From positions 32,001 to 96,000 of IMG/VR virus record IMGVR_UViG_3300017774_005745: DNA of 64,000 nucleotides, one strand, 5' to 3'. The notes beneath the pieces were generated by a model. The model was not told the DNA's origin, made no database searches, and worked only from the letters and a program-made list of their open reading frames with translations. Shown in pieces: positions 16,968 through 25,630 of the stretch. The number at the start of each line of letters is the position of its first letter. The stretch's first letter is position 1. The position numbers were made by a program, and so were the translations under genes. The DNA is from a virus.

Positions 16968-18937
16968 GAGTAACCATGTCCAACTTCTGCAGGGAGTGGA
17001 ACGAGGAGAGGCTCTTGGAATGGTGCCTCCATGAGCTCCTTAACGCGCTTCTTCACTGCTTCGATGGTTGCTTCATCTTCTGGGCATTCCCAGATGAGTT
17101 CGTCGTGGACCTGAAGCAGAAGAGTTGCTCCAAGTTGAGCGAGAATCTCGTCGTTCTCTACTTGAACCATAACCACCTTTGCAATGTCTGCGGCGCTTCC
17201 TTGGACGATGGAGTTCACGCCCTGGCGCTCTGCTCTGCCACGGTCCTTGAACGACATGCCCTTCACATCACCGAAGCGGCGGTACCGACCAGTGATGGTC
17301 TGTACGTATCCCTTCGAGAGCATGTAGTCGTGGGTCTCTTCGATGTATTCCTTGACTCGCGGAAAGACCGAGAACCACTTATCGATGAGTGCGTATCCCT
17401 CTTCCTCAGTGACAACCCTGTCGAGTCCTGCTTCCTTAGCAGAGAGAGTAAGGCTGACGGAGAGGCGCTTCCCTGCGATTCCGTAGATGATGCCGAAGCC
17501 GATTGCCTTCGCAGTTTGGCGCATGAACAGGAGTTCACGCTCTCGTGCAGTAAGCTCTCGTCCGAGTTTCCCTCTCTTGTGGAGCTTCTCAGCTTTGACT
17601 GCTCCAATGACTTCCTCGTAAGGGATATCGTACATCTCCGATACGGTGAGGCAGTGAAGGTCGATACCCTCCTGAATGGCCTTAATCATCTTCTCGTCTC
17701 TAGAGAAGTGAGCCATCAGTCTCATCTCAAGCTGAGCATAGTCAGCTACGATGAGTACCTTCTTGAATCCAGGAATGAACGCCTCTCGGATAGTGAAATC
17801 ATCTTCACTGGTTCGAGGGATATTCTGGAGGTTGGGGTCTTTAGAAGAGAGACGACCTGACACTGTACCGTGTTGGTTCAGTGTGGTGTGGATTCGATAG
17901 TTACCGTCAATCCACTCTTGAAGACCCGCGACGTACGTACCGTGAATCTTGGAGATACCACGGAACGCCATCAACTTCTGCGCCCACTCGTCGCCTTCTT
18001 CTTCTGCCCAGTGCTTGAGAACTTCCTCGTCCGTAGAGGCTTTCTTGACTCCGGTCTTGCCTCCCTTCGTCATCTTGAACACTTTTTTACTGAGGTGTTC
18101 GATGAAGAACCAACGAACGTCATTCACTGAGTTGAGATTGAGAACTCTCCCAGCTTCCTTGTTGAACTCCATCTGCATCCGGAGCATCTCTTTTTGCATC
18201 GGACCTTGGAGCTCTTTGAGGTATCCGAAGTCTGCCGTGATTCCTCTACGCTCCATCAACCACAGTACTTTGTGGAACGGGACTTCGATGTGGTAGTAGA
18301 GGTCGTACAGCCCTTGCTCTTTGAGCAAGTTGTCGAGGTGAGCGCGGAGCGTCGTAGAGTTGTAGGCGTCGAGGCTTGCGTAGTCGGAGCTTATCTCGAC
18401 TCGTGCTGGGTCATTGAATGCATTTCGAATCAGGTCGCCTGTGTTTATCTCAGTAGGGTCCTTCTTCGTTGCTTTCTTTGTCTTCCCGAACACCTCTACG
18501 AAGGTTGGCGTCTTCCGCCCAAAGTGGTCCTCAATACATTCCTTGAGACCGTGCCGTCCGATGTTGTTCTCATTCAACATCCAGGACATGACGTTGGTGT
18601 CTCTCCAAGCCTTGCACTTGTAGATTTCAACGCCAGAGTTGGCGAACATATGCGCGTCAAACTTGCAGTTCGAAAGGTCGAACGTTACTTCTGGGTTCTC
18701 CAGAAGCGGCTTCCGAAACATCTGCAGGTATCGAGCAGAGAGGCAGATTCTCTCTTTACCGTCAGAGAGCGACCAGACAACGACAGTGTCTTTGTGAATC
18801 TCAACACCGGTCGTCTCAGAGTCCAGGCCAATGTTGTTGGTTTTGGAACTCTCGACAAAGTAGTTCAACCACTTCTTGGCCTCCTCGTCGGTGTTTACCC
18901 AAGACCCTTTTGGGATTGAGATATCAAACGCTTTCAT
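16949..18937 (-). CDS. polA: Family A DNA polymerase (3'-5' exonuclease plus polymerase; no 5'-3' exonuclease)
   Basis: DSETTG Exo I; GRLSSKDPNLQNIP; ADYAQLEMRLMAH motif A; KAIGFGIIYG motif B; QVHDEL motif C. Confidence 0.96.
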   Translation of the reverse strand: MKAFDISIPKGSWVNTDEEAKKWLNYFVESSKTNNIGLDSETTGVEIHKDTVVVWSLSDGKERICLSARYLQMFRKPLLENPEVTFDLSNCKFDAHMFANSGVEIYKCKAWRDTNVMSWMLNENNIGRHGLKECIEDHFGRKTPTFVEVFGKTKKATKKDPTEINTGDLIRNAFNDPARVEISSDYASLDAYNSTTLRAHLDNLLKEQGLYDLYYHIEVPFHKVLWLMERRGITADFGYLKELQGPMQKEMLRMQMEFNKEAGRVLNLNSVNDVRWFFIEHLSKKVFKMTKGGKTGVKKASTDEEVLKHWAEEEGDEWAQKLMAFRGISKIHGTYVAGLQEWIDGNYRIHTTLNQHGTVSGRLSSKDPNLQNIPRTSEDDFTIREAFIPGFKKVLIVADYAQLEMRLMAHFSRDEKMIKAIQEGIDLHCLTVSEMYDIPYEEVIGAVKAEKLHKRGKLGRELTARERELLFMRQTAKAIGFGIIYGIAGKRLSVSLTLSAKEAGLDRVVTEEEGYALIDKWFSVFPRVKEYIEETHDYMLSKGYVQTITGRYRRFGDVKGMSFKDRGRAERQGVNSIVQGSAADIAKVVMVQVENDEILAQLGATLLLQVHDELIWECPEDEATIEAVKKRVKELMEAPFQEPLLVPLPAEVGHGYSWATAK

Positions 18938-18946
18938 TCAATCTCC

Positions 18947-18984
18947 AAAAAAAGAGAGGGCCCTCTTATCGAAAGGGCCCTCTC
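18947..18984 (-). terminator. Intrinsic terminator between the SSB-like gene and polA
   Basis: Stem GAGAGGGCCCT/AGGGCCCTCTC (18954-18964/18974-18984) with a T7 tract on the minus strand. Confidence 0.8.
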
Positions 18985-18991
18985 GGGGTAT

Positions 18992-20437
18992 TTACTTACT
19001 GAAGTTGGGCTTCATCGGCATCTGGAACCCCTGAGGCCCCGGCAGCGTGTGTTGCGGCGTCTGCTGCGGAGGGTAAGGAGCGTACGGAACCGCTCCCGGA
19101 GGCAGCGGTGGGGCAACTACGGCCCCCTCCACGACCTGTCCAGCGGCGGGATTCACTTCCATGGGCTTCGTCGCCCACGGCGGGACGTAGGGAGCCTGTG
19201 GGGTGGTCTGTGGTTGAGTCCCGTATGCACTCGGCTGCTGAGTGCCTGGCATTGAGAAGCTCAACTCCATTCTCTTCATCTGCTCTTCCAGCGTCTTCGG
19301 ACCGAGGAACTTATCGAAGTCGTAGGGCTTCGCGAGGTCCTTGATGGTATCGAAGATGCTCTTCCCCTGCAGCAGCGAGACGATTCCAGGTGGGAGCGTC
19401 TTCTGGAACTCATCCACGGTCTGGAACTTGTGAAGAACGAGCTGGCTCTTCGTTCCCTCTCCATGCCGCTTGCCCCACAGAACCACATCGAACAACCCAA
19501 GCTGGAGCATGTCACGTCCAGATTGAGCGCACGAATCGCAGCTCGTCACTTCCGAGAGCAGCACAGCCTTCTGGCAATGCAGACACGGATACGGATGAGC
19601 AACCGCCTGTGAGATTTCCTCGTCACTGCGAGGATCCGACGACATGTCGATGACGACGTTGCCGCACGTCGGGCAGTTCCACGACTCACTGGTCAACTGG
19701 TTGGCGCAGCGGGCCAGCAAGTTTCCTGCAGCGTCATTGATGTGAGCACTGCACTGATTGGTGATGGAACCATCCCAGGCTTCGAGATTCGAGAGGTGCG
19801 ACTTCCCGATTTCGATGTATCTTCGGTGACCGAACTCCGTCGTCACATCAGCAGGATTGTAGTTGGGGAAGTCGTACTTATCTTCCTTCCTTCTGATGGG
19901 CGGGTTGCCTGTGAGAATCCGGCAGAAGTTGCATGTTCTGCCTTCGCACTCACTGAATGTGTAGTAGGGCTTCCCTTCTTTGTCCGTCTTGTACTTGCCG
20001 TTCTCGTAGTCGATTTGAGGGTGGCGGTGGTACGGAACGAGGTGGACGAGAGCGAATGCGAACTTGTCTCCCACTGAGACCGTCTTGTCCCCGAGGTCCA
20101 TTGCCATACAACCTGCGCAGGGTTTCGGGTTGTGCGGGTCGTACCCTTGAGAGCACGTCTCCATGGCAAAGCGTTCCTTGCCGTTCTTGAACATCTTCCT
20201 CGTGTGGCTGCGGTACTTGTAGAAAGCGTTCTTGACCGGAAGAGGCTGCCCATTCGGTCCGACTTCTACACGGTCAGGAGAAGGCGAGGGGTCGATGTAT
20301 TCTGCATTGATGAGCACGAATGGAGTCGCCTCACCTTGAGGAAGCTTGTACACATCCTTCCAGTTGCCTCCGCTGCCTCCTCCTTTCTTCTGTTGTGAGT
20401 TGGACAGGGCGCTTCTACGAAATGAACTCATTCCCAT
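18992..20437 (-). CDS. Cys-rich replication protein, possible gp32-like ssDNA-binding protein
   Basis: 481 aa between primase and polymerase; multiple CxxC motifs; P/Q-rich tail; high expression suggested by its own terminator. Function inferred. Confidence 0.4.
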   Translation of the reverse strand: MGMSSFRRSALSNSQQKKGGGSGGNWKDVYKLPQGEATPFVLINAEYIDPSPSPDRVEVGPNGQPLPVKNAFYKYRSHTRKMFKNGKERFAMETCSQGYDPHNPKPCAGCMAMDLGDKTVSVGDKFAFALVHLVPYHRHPQIDYENGKYKTDKEGKPYYTFSECEGRTCNFCRILTGNPPIRRKEDKYDFPNYNPADVTTEFGHRRYIEIGKSHLSNLEAWDGSITNQCSAHINDAAGNLLARCANQLTSESWNCPTCGNVVIDMSSDPRSDEEISQAVAHPYPCLHCQKAVLLSEVTSCDSCAQSGRDMLQLGLFDVVLWGKRHGEGTKSQLVLHKFQTVDEFQKTLPPGIVSLLQGKSIFDTIKDLAKPYDFDKFLGPKTLEEQMKRMELSFSMPGTQQPSAYGTQPQTTPQAPYVPPWATKPMEVNPAAGQVVEGAVVAPPLPPGAVPYAPYPPQQTPQHTLPGPQGFQMPMKPNFSK

Positions 20438-21513
20438 TTTGTTTGCTCCGAAGAGTAGGTTTGTCCCCGAGGGGATGGCGTAACAGCAAAGTGAACTGCG
20501 GATTGCATCAGTTGGTGTAGCACAGGTGCAGCGTAATCGTCAGGTTGTGTTCTCTCGAATTTGTGTTCCTCCGGGTATGGCATTACGAAAACTCGTCCGT
20601 ACATCGGACCCCACAACAAGCTTCCAATTCTCTCTGTTGCTTTTCTTCCTGCATCGTCGTTGTCGAGACACAGCACGATATCTCCGCCCAGTCTATGCAA
20701 CATACGCTGTTGCTTCTCAGAGATGGCGCTCCCCATGAGCGCAATCGTGTTTAAGAACCCGGCTTGAATCATCCATAGACAGGCTTTGAATCCCTCGACG
20801 ATGAACACCGTATCAGCCCCCTCTGACATTGATATGGCTCTAGGGAATACCCTGTTGAAATTCCACAGGAAATTGTGATTCTCGAACCGATACCCTGGAT
20901 GCTGCTCGTCGAACCATGCCCCGTAATCAGAGGGACTCCACAGCGACCCTTTCTTCGAACCGCCTTGATACACCTTGTACTTCGGGACCTGCTCAGGAAG
21001 AGTTGCACCACCTGAGTACCCAACGAGCGTTCCGTACATATCTCGGATGGGGTACATTATTCTGCTGCCTGCTCTATCGAATCCGATATCCATATCCTGA
21101 AGAAGGAGAGGGTCGAATCCTTTTGAGACGAGCTGAGTCGGCATCCAGTCATACACACCGAGTAGGGCCTCTGGGAGAGGGTACTCTGCTTTGAATGGGT
21201 CTCGCTCTCTGAAGAAGTTCTCTTTTACTTTTCCGTGGAGCTCTCTGGCGTGGTCAAGCTCCGGTTGAATGGCCGCGAGCTCTGCATCAATTGTCTGACG
21301 AGACGCTCCCATGAGCTTCAGGAGTCTTCGAAGGTCTCCTGACTCGTGACATGAGAAGCAGTTGAAGACTCCCTTCTCTAGGTTAATTCCAAAGGAAGCA
21401 CTGTGTTCTTGTCCTCCTTTATGGAAGGGGCACTTGCAGACGATGTTTGAGCCACTTGCCTTGAATGGTCCAGGCAGGTACTGGCTCACCAAAGCAATGA
21501 TGTGTTCTCTCAT
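20428..21513 (-). CDS. dnaG: DnaG-type DNA primase (CHC2 zinc finger plus TOPRIM)
   Basis: CPFHKGG...FNCFSC; VFIVEGFKAC; LCLDNDDAG. Confidence 0.92.
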   Translation of the reverse strand: MREHIIALVSQYLPGPFKASGSNIVCKCPFHKGGQEHSASFGINLEKGVFNCFSCHESGDLRRLLKLMGASRQTIDAELAAIQPELDHARELHGKVKENFFRERDPFKAEYPLPEALLGVYDWMPTQLVSKGFDPLLLQDMDIGFDRAGSRIMYPIRDMYGTLVGYSGGATLPEQVPKYKVYQGGSKKGSLWSPSDYGAWFDEQHPGYRFENHNFLWNFNRVFPRAISMSEGADTVFIVEGFKACLWMIQAGFLNTIALMGSAISEKQQRMLHRLGGDIVLCLDNDDAGRKATERIGSLLWGPMYGRVFVMPYPEEHKFERTQPDDYAAPVLHQLMQSAVHFAVTPSPRGQTYSSEQTKWE

Positions 21514-22934
21514 TTAACCGTCTTTAGCGTCTTCAAAGGAATCTTCGGACCAGTGTCTCCTTTCTTGAAAGGACTGGAAGAAGAGCTCCCCTTAGAGCCG
21601 TAGGAGGATTCGTTCTTACTTGTCTCTTCTGCATCGAGGTCTACGATTGTCTTGATGTAATCAAAACTCGTGGCAGGTTCTCCGCGAATAACAATGCCGT
21701 CGAACTTCCCCTCTCGAAGGCCCGGTGCAGTGAGGTACAACTCAGTCTTCTTTTGATTGTTATCGTCGATGAGATCTTTCTTCGAGACTCTGAAGACTGC
21801 GTCTGCGTCCTGGCCGAATGCATCTGCGTAGGCGAGTTCTGTAAGGTCCTCGCCCTTGCTTTTATCTGCGGCACGTGTTGCCTGTGTGACTCCGACGAGA
21901 GGGATATCGAAGTCTTGTGCAGTGAGCTTCAGGTCCTGAGAGATGTGAGCCATGTTCTTCCAGTCGACTGACCTGGACCGAGACCTGTCATCCATCATCA
22001 GGTACATACCATCGACGAATACAATGTCTGGTTTCAGGTCGCGTATCTTAGACTGGAGCCATCCAACTCCGCCGCCTCCACCTCCTGAGGCACCAGACCT
22101 GTCAGTCGTAATGACGAAGCAGGGTCCGGAGCCATTCTTGACGTTGAGGCCCTTCTCATCATCGATGAGTTCCTTCAGTACGGTGAAGACGTGTTGTTTG
22201 ATTTCAGGTTGGAGCGTACCGTTCTTGTACGCTTTGTAGTCTACCTTCGTAAGAGCGCACGCCACGCGTTGCGCCACCATGAGCGGATTCATTTCTCTCG
22301 TGTAAAAGAGAACGCGCTTACGGGATTGAACGTATGCATGCACCGCTTCGTGGATGGTAATCCAACTCTTCATCGACTTCGGGCGACCGTAGATGATGAT
22401 GAATTGGCTAGGCTGCATCCCCTGTGTTTCTTCGTTGAGTGCTTGCCATGGGTAGGGGATGCCCAAGAGGCCGTTCGAGGATTGAACAGCCTCGTATCGA
22501 TTCAGCAGAATGTCGTGGGCGCTGGAGAGATTGAGGTCTGCTCCAGCTTCAGCCATCGTCGCGAGCTTGGCAGACTCGGCTCGGATGGATTGAAGAGCTT
22601 CGAACGGGTCCTTGTCTGCCAGAACAGAAAGATCTTGTGAGAGCTTTAGAATCTCTGTTCTGACTCTCTCCCTTCTCAGTTGTTGTGCGAGAATGGCGAC
22701 AGAGTCGTGTGTCGGCGTAAAGAAGAAAGACGGGAAATGGTACTTAACCATTTCCCCACTAGGCACTTGCCCGTGCGTGGCTCCATCGAAGTACATGTTT
22801 CGAAGGAAGCGATAGACCTCACGAGTTTCGGGAGAGGAGAAGAACCCTTCATCGATCTGAAGTTTGTTGACGGTGTGGAAGTCTTTATTCGCAATGATTG
22901 CGGAAACGAGAGCAAACTCGATATTTGATGACAC
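21510..22934 (-). CDS. dnaB: DnaB-like replicative helicase
   Basis: GMQPSQFIIIYGRPKSMKS (Walker A region); FYTREM; IVFVDGMYLM; VTQATR; FGQDADAV; GTG start with GGAGG RBS. Confidence 0.85.
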   Translation of the reverse strand: MSSNIEFALVSAIIANKDFHTVNKLQIDEGFFSSPETREVYRFLRNMYFDGATHGQVPSGEMVKYHFPSFFFTPTHDSVAILAQQLRRERVRTEILKLSQDLSVLADKDPFEALQSIRAESAKLATMAEAGADLNLSSAHDILLNRYEAVQSSNGLLGIPYPWQALNEETQGMQPSQFIIIYGRPKSMKSWITIHEAVHAYVQSRKRVLFYTREMNPLMVAQRVACALTKVDYKAYKNGTLQPEIKQHVFTVLKELIDDEKGLNVKNGSGPCFVITTDRSGASGGGGGGVGWLQSKIRDLKPDIVFVDGMYLMMDDRSRSRSVDWKNMAHISQDLKLTAQDFDIPLVGVTQATRAADKSKGEDLTELAYADAFGQDADAVFRVSKKDLIDDNNQKKTELYLTAPGLREGKFDGIVIRGEPATSFDYIKTIVDLDAEETSKNESSYGSKGSSSSSPFKKGDTGPKIPLKTLKTVK

Positions 22935-22949
22935 CTAACCTCCAAGTTA

Positions 22950-23035
22950 GCTGAGACTTACGTATGGCTCCGCCATCGCAGGGCGGAGTGTTTACGTTGT
23001 CCCAAGGGGCTGCGCGTTCTCACCAACGCGTCAGC
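22950..23035 (-). promoter_or_regulatory. Structured RNA element in the dnaB 5' leader
   Basis: Nested complementary arms: GCTGA/TCAGC closing stem, CGCGTT/AACGCG, CCC/GGG, ACGTA/TACGT and CTCCGCC/GGCGGAG; ends about 5 nt before the RBS. Confidence 0.5.
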
Positions 23036-23066
23036 AAGTAGTACGTTCGATTTTCTTCGAAGTCAA

Positions 23067-23387
23067 TCAAAGACCGGGCACATCATCCTCTGGTATACTT
23101 TCTTCAGACTCCGTACCAGATGTTGTGGTGGGGGTAGGTGACCCTCGAAAGAGGATGTTCGCAAGTTGCTCTTCAATCTGTTGGATGGCCTCTCTGAGAG
23201 AAGCTTCCGCGTTCTTCCCAGGCTCATTGAAGGACCCAGAGCCGTAAACCTCTCCAGACTCTGCATGGAGAATGATGTACTTACCTGACGCGGTCATTAC
23301 CGTATCATCTCCTGAGGGACTCACTTTGATGGCGAGTTCCACCACTCTGATAGAGTCGGCCTTGAGTGGAGATGACCTGGTAATCAT
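23067..23387 (-). CDS. Hypothetical protein (acidic tail)
   Basis: ATGA-coupled to the upstream gene. Confidence 0.7.
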   Translation of the reverse strand: MITRSSPLKADSIRVVELAIKVSPSGDDTVMTASGKYIILHAESGEVYGSGSFNEPGKNAEASLREAIQQIEEQLANILFRGSPTPTTTSGTESEESIPEDDVPGL

Positions 23388-23758
23388 GGGTAGCTAGCTT
23401 TCTTGGAATCGAGAATCTTCTTCAACTCAATGTCGCCGAGTTGCTGATGCTCCGCAGCAAACTGTCGTGCGAGAACACCCGCAAAGTCGATTGCCTTTTC
23501 AATCGTCACTGCGTCTTGGTTACAGCTCAAAGAGATAGTGACCATTGCCCCTGCGCCAGTCCCAAAGTCCTTGATGCTCATGTCTGATGACACTGAGATG
23601 TGGGCCTGTCCATCGCCGATGAGCTCTTCGTACTTATCCATAAGAACCTCCATGTAGTCATCTTGAAGCCCTAGTTGGGCTACTTCGTTGTAGGTTTTGT
23701 TTTTGTCGCCGAAGGTTCTGATGATTTTGACCTTCGGGTCTCTTATCTTCTTTTCCAT
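23384..23758 (-). CDS. Hypothetical protein
   Basis: 124-aa ORF abutting its neighbours. Confidence 0.7.
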   Translation of the reverse strand: MEKKIRDPKVKIIRTFGDKNKTYNEVAQLGLQDDYMEVLMDKYEELIGDGQAHISVSSDMSIKDFGTGAGAMVTISLSCNQDAVTIEKAIDFAGVLARQFAAEHQQLGDIELKKILDSKKASYP

Positions 23759-24373
23759 TTAGTCACCTTTCTTCTCTCCGAAGAAGGCGAGAGCCTTTGG
23801 TCCCTTCACCTGAGCAGTGGCTTCTTTCTCGTCGTATGAGGCATCGACTACATCTTCATGCCCGTGGTCGATGAGCCACTTCGTGACAAGGTCGTAGTCG
23901 ATTTCGTACTTCTCTTGAACGAGCCTGTACTTCTTCCCGTTCTTATCGACGCTCTCCAAGCCTCTCAGGTCCTTCTCAAGACCCTTGGACCGTGCTTGCT
24001 GCATCAATGCTTCTCCGTCCAACCACCGCCTTGTGACAGAGGAGACATGGAAAGACCCATACGAAGTGACGCTGGGTTTCCCATCTCTCCCACGCCACTG
24101 CGAGGGGGCCAGTTGAACGAACTGACGGAGGGAGTTCTTGGCGTTCTGGAGCTTTGTGTTTCTCTCTTCGAGGAGATTCTTGAACTCATCAATCATCGCC
24201 TTGAATTGCTCGATGATGTTGTTCTTCATTTCCTCGTCGATTGTGCCTGGGGCACCGTCAATGACCATGCCCAGCAGTTCCCCAGACATGAACTGCTCTT
24301 CCAGGTTCGTGTACTTCTTGTCCGTCTCTAGGAACTCATCGATTGCTTTTTCGTACTCAAGTTTCTCGCTCAC
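23759..24373 (-). CDS. Hypothetical coiled-coil protein
   Basis: 204-aa ORF, GTGA-coupled to UDG. Confidence 0.75.
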   Translation of the reverse strand: MSEKLEYEKAIDEFLETDKKYTNLEEQFMSGELLGMVIDGAPGTIDEEMKNNIIEQFKAMIDEFKNLLEERNTKLQNAKNSLRQFVQLAPSQWRGRDGKPSVTSYGSFHVSSVTRRWLDGEALMQQARSKGLEKDLRGLESVDKNGKKYRLVQEKYEIDYDLVTKWLIDHGHEDVVDASYDEKEATAQVKGPKALAFFGEKKGD

Positions 24374-25194
24374 TTGATTCCCCTCTCTGGCGCTGGAATG
24401 CCTTGGTGCGTCTCACGAAGAAAGTCGAATAGGCGCATGGCATTCATGAAGTCTTGGACTGTCTTCGAGTAGTCGCCCCGTTCGTCTTTCCAATCCGCTT
24501 TTCTGAGAAGGAACGAAGGGTGAAGGGTAAGAACAACGGGGTAAGTGACCTTCCCGAACTTCCCTTGAATGCTCATCTCGTAAAGCTCACCACGCTTCAT
24601 GGTGATTTCAATCTTCTTCCCAAGGAGGGTCTCAGCGGCGGTCTTCCCAGATGCGATGATGATGGTTGGGTCGACCGTGTAAATCAGATTCGTCAGTCTC
24701 TCCGCACAGGCTTTAATCTCCGGAGGAATCGGTGTCCTATTCTCTGGAGGGCGGCATCCTACGATGTTCGTAACGAAGAAGTTCTTGTCTCTCCACTCGA
24801 ACGCGGCATTCTGGAAGTTCTCTTCATTGGCCTTCGAGTGTCTGGTCTTGACGAACTTCACGTACTCCTGTCGAAGCGCGACGTCATCAGTGACGGATAC
24901 GAGTATCTGATTGAGGAGCCGCCCAGACTTTCCATAGAAAGGAATCAGGGAGTCTGCTTCCTCTTCACCGGGAGCTTCCCCGATAATCATGATACCTGAG
25001 TCTGGGTTCCCTCCACCGAATACAATGTCTTCAATCTCAGTGCCGTCTCCATCACATCGGAACTCAGCCAACTGACACCGCTGGCATTTGAACCACTGCT
25101 CGTAGAGACTTTGAAGCTTCTCCGTCTTACTCTCCCCAGCCAGGTTGTGGATGGGGATGATTACTTCTTCTTTTTTGGCTTTCTTAGCCGCCAT
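24370..25194 (-). CDS. Uracil-DNA glycosylase, family 4 (Fe-S type)
   Basis: CQRCQL; IMIIGEAPG; TNIVGCRPPENRTP...C; LHPSFLLR. Confidence 0.9.
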   Translation of the reverse strand: MAAKKAKKEEVIIPIHNLAGESKTEKLQSLYEQWFKCQRCQLAEFRCDGDGTEIEDIVFGGGNPDSGIMIIGEAPGEEEADSLIPFYGKSGRLLNQILVSVTDDVALRQEYVKFVKTRHSKANEENFQNAAFEWRDKNFFVTNIVGCRPPENRTPIPPEIKACAERLTNLIYTVDPTIIIASGKTAAETLLGKKIEITMKRGELYEMSIQGKFGKVTYPVVLTLHPSFLLRKADWKDERGDYSKTVQDFMNAMRLFDFLRETHQGIPAPERGIK

Positions 25195-25630
25195 TTTCTT
25201 TCTTTCTGAATGGGCTTTCGATGGACGTAGCAGGAATCACAATCCCTGCCTGCTCCGCCTTGTGCATGACTTTTCTATCGAAGTGTTCTTTGAGGAGAGA
25301 CAGAACTGCAGAGATGGTAACCTCTGGCTGCTCCATGACGTGATAGCAAATCGTCGGGGCCATCCACAGGGACCCTTCTTCGATGAAGTCCCAATCACCG
25401 ACCATGTAGTTGATGACGAGCCCTCCAGCCTGCACCTGAGACATCTTGTAGAGTCTCTTCGGGTTCGTTACGAGGACAGTGGAGTGCGTTGCTTCCTCTC
25501 CGTCTTCGGAAATCTCACCAATGATGGTGTCTGCCCCGACAGTCAGAACAGCCAGATTGTCGAGAACAACGTCCTTATCCTTGAAGAACTGCTTCAACTC
25601 CTCAATCGACATCGTCTTCCTCATCTTCAA
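25184..25630 (-). CDS. Hypothetical protein
   Basis: 148-aa ORF within the operon; exact start uncertain. Confidence 0.7.
   Translation of the reverse strand: MKMRKTMSIEELKQFFKDKDVVLDNLAVLTVGADTIIGEISEDGEEATHSTVLVTNPKRLYKMSQVQAGGLVINYMVGDWDFIEEGSLWMAPTICYHVMEQPEVTISAVLSLLKEHFDRKVMHKAEQAGIVIPATSIESPFRKKENGG

Noticed and set aside
18194-18919. Long antisense ORFs (e.g. 16976..17860, 18194..18919, 32298..32957, 33255..33803, 42655..43584, 53908..54645)
   Set aside because: They are shadows of well-supported genes on the opposite strand, with no RBS or recognisable motifs. Such shadows are expected from the codon bias.
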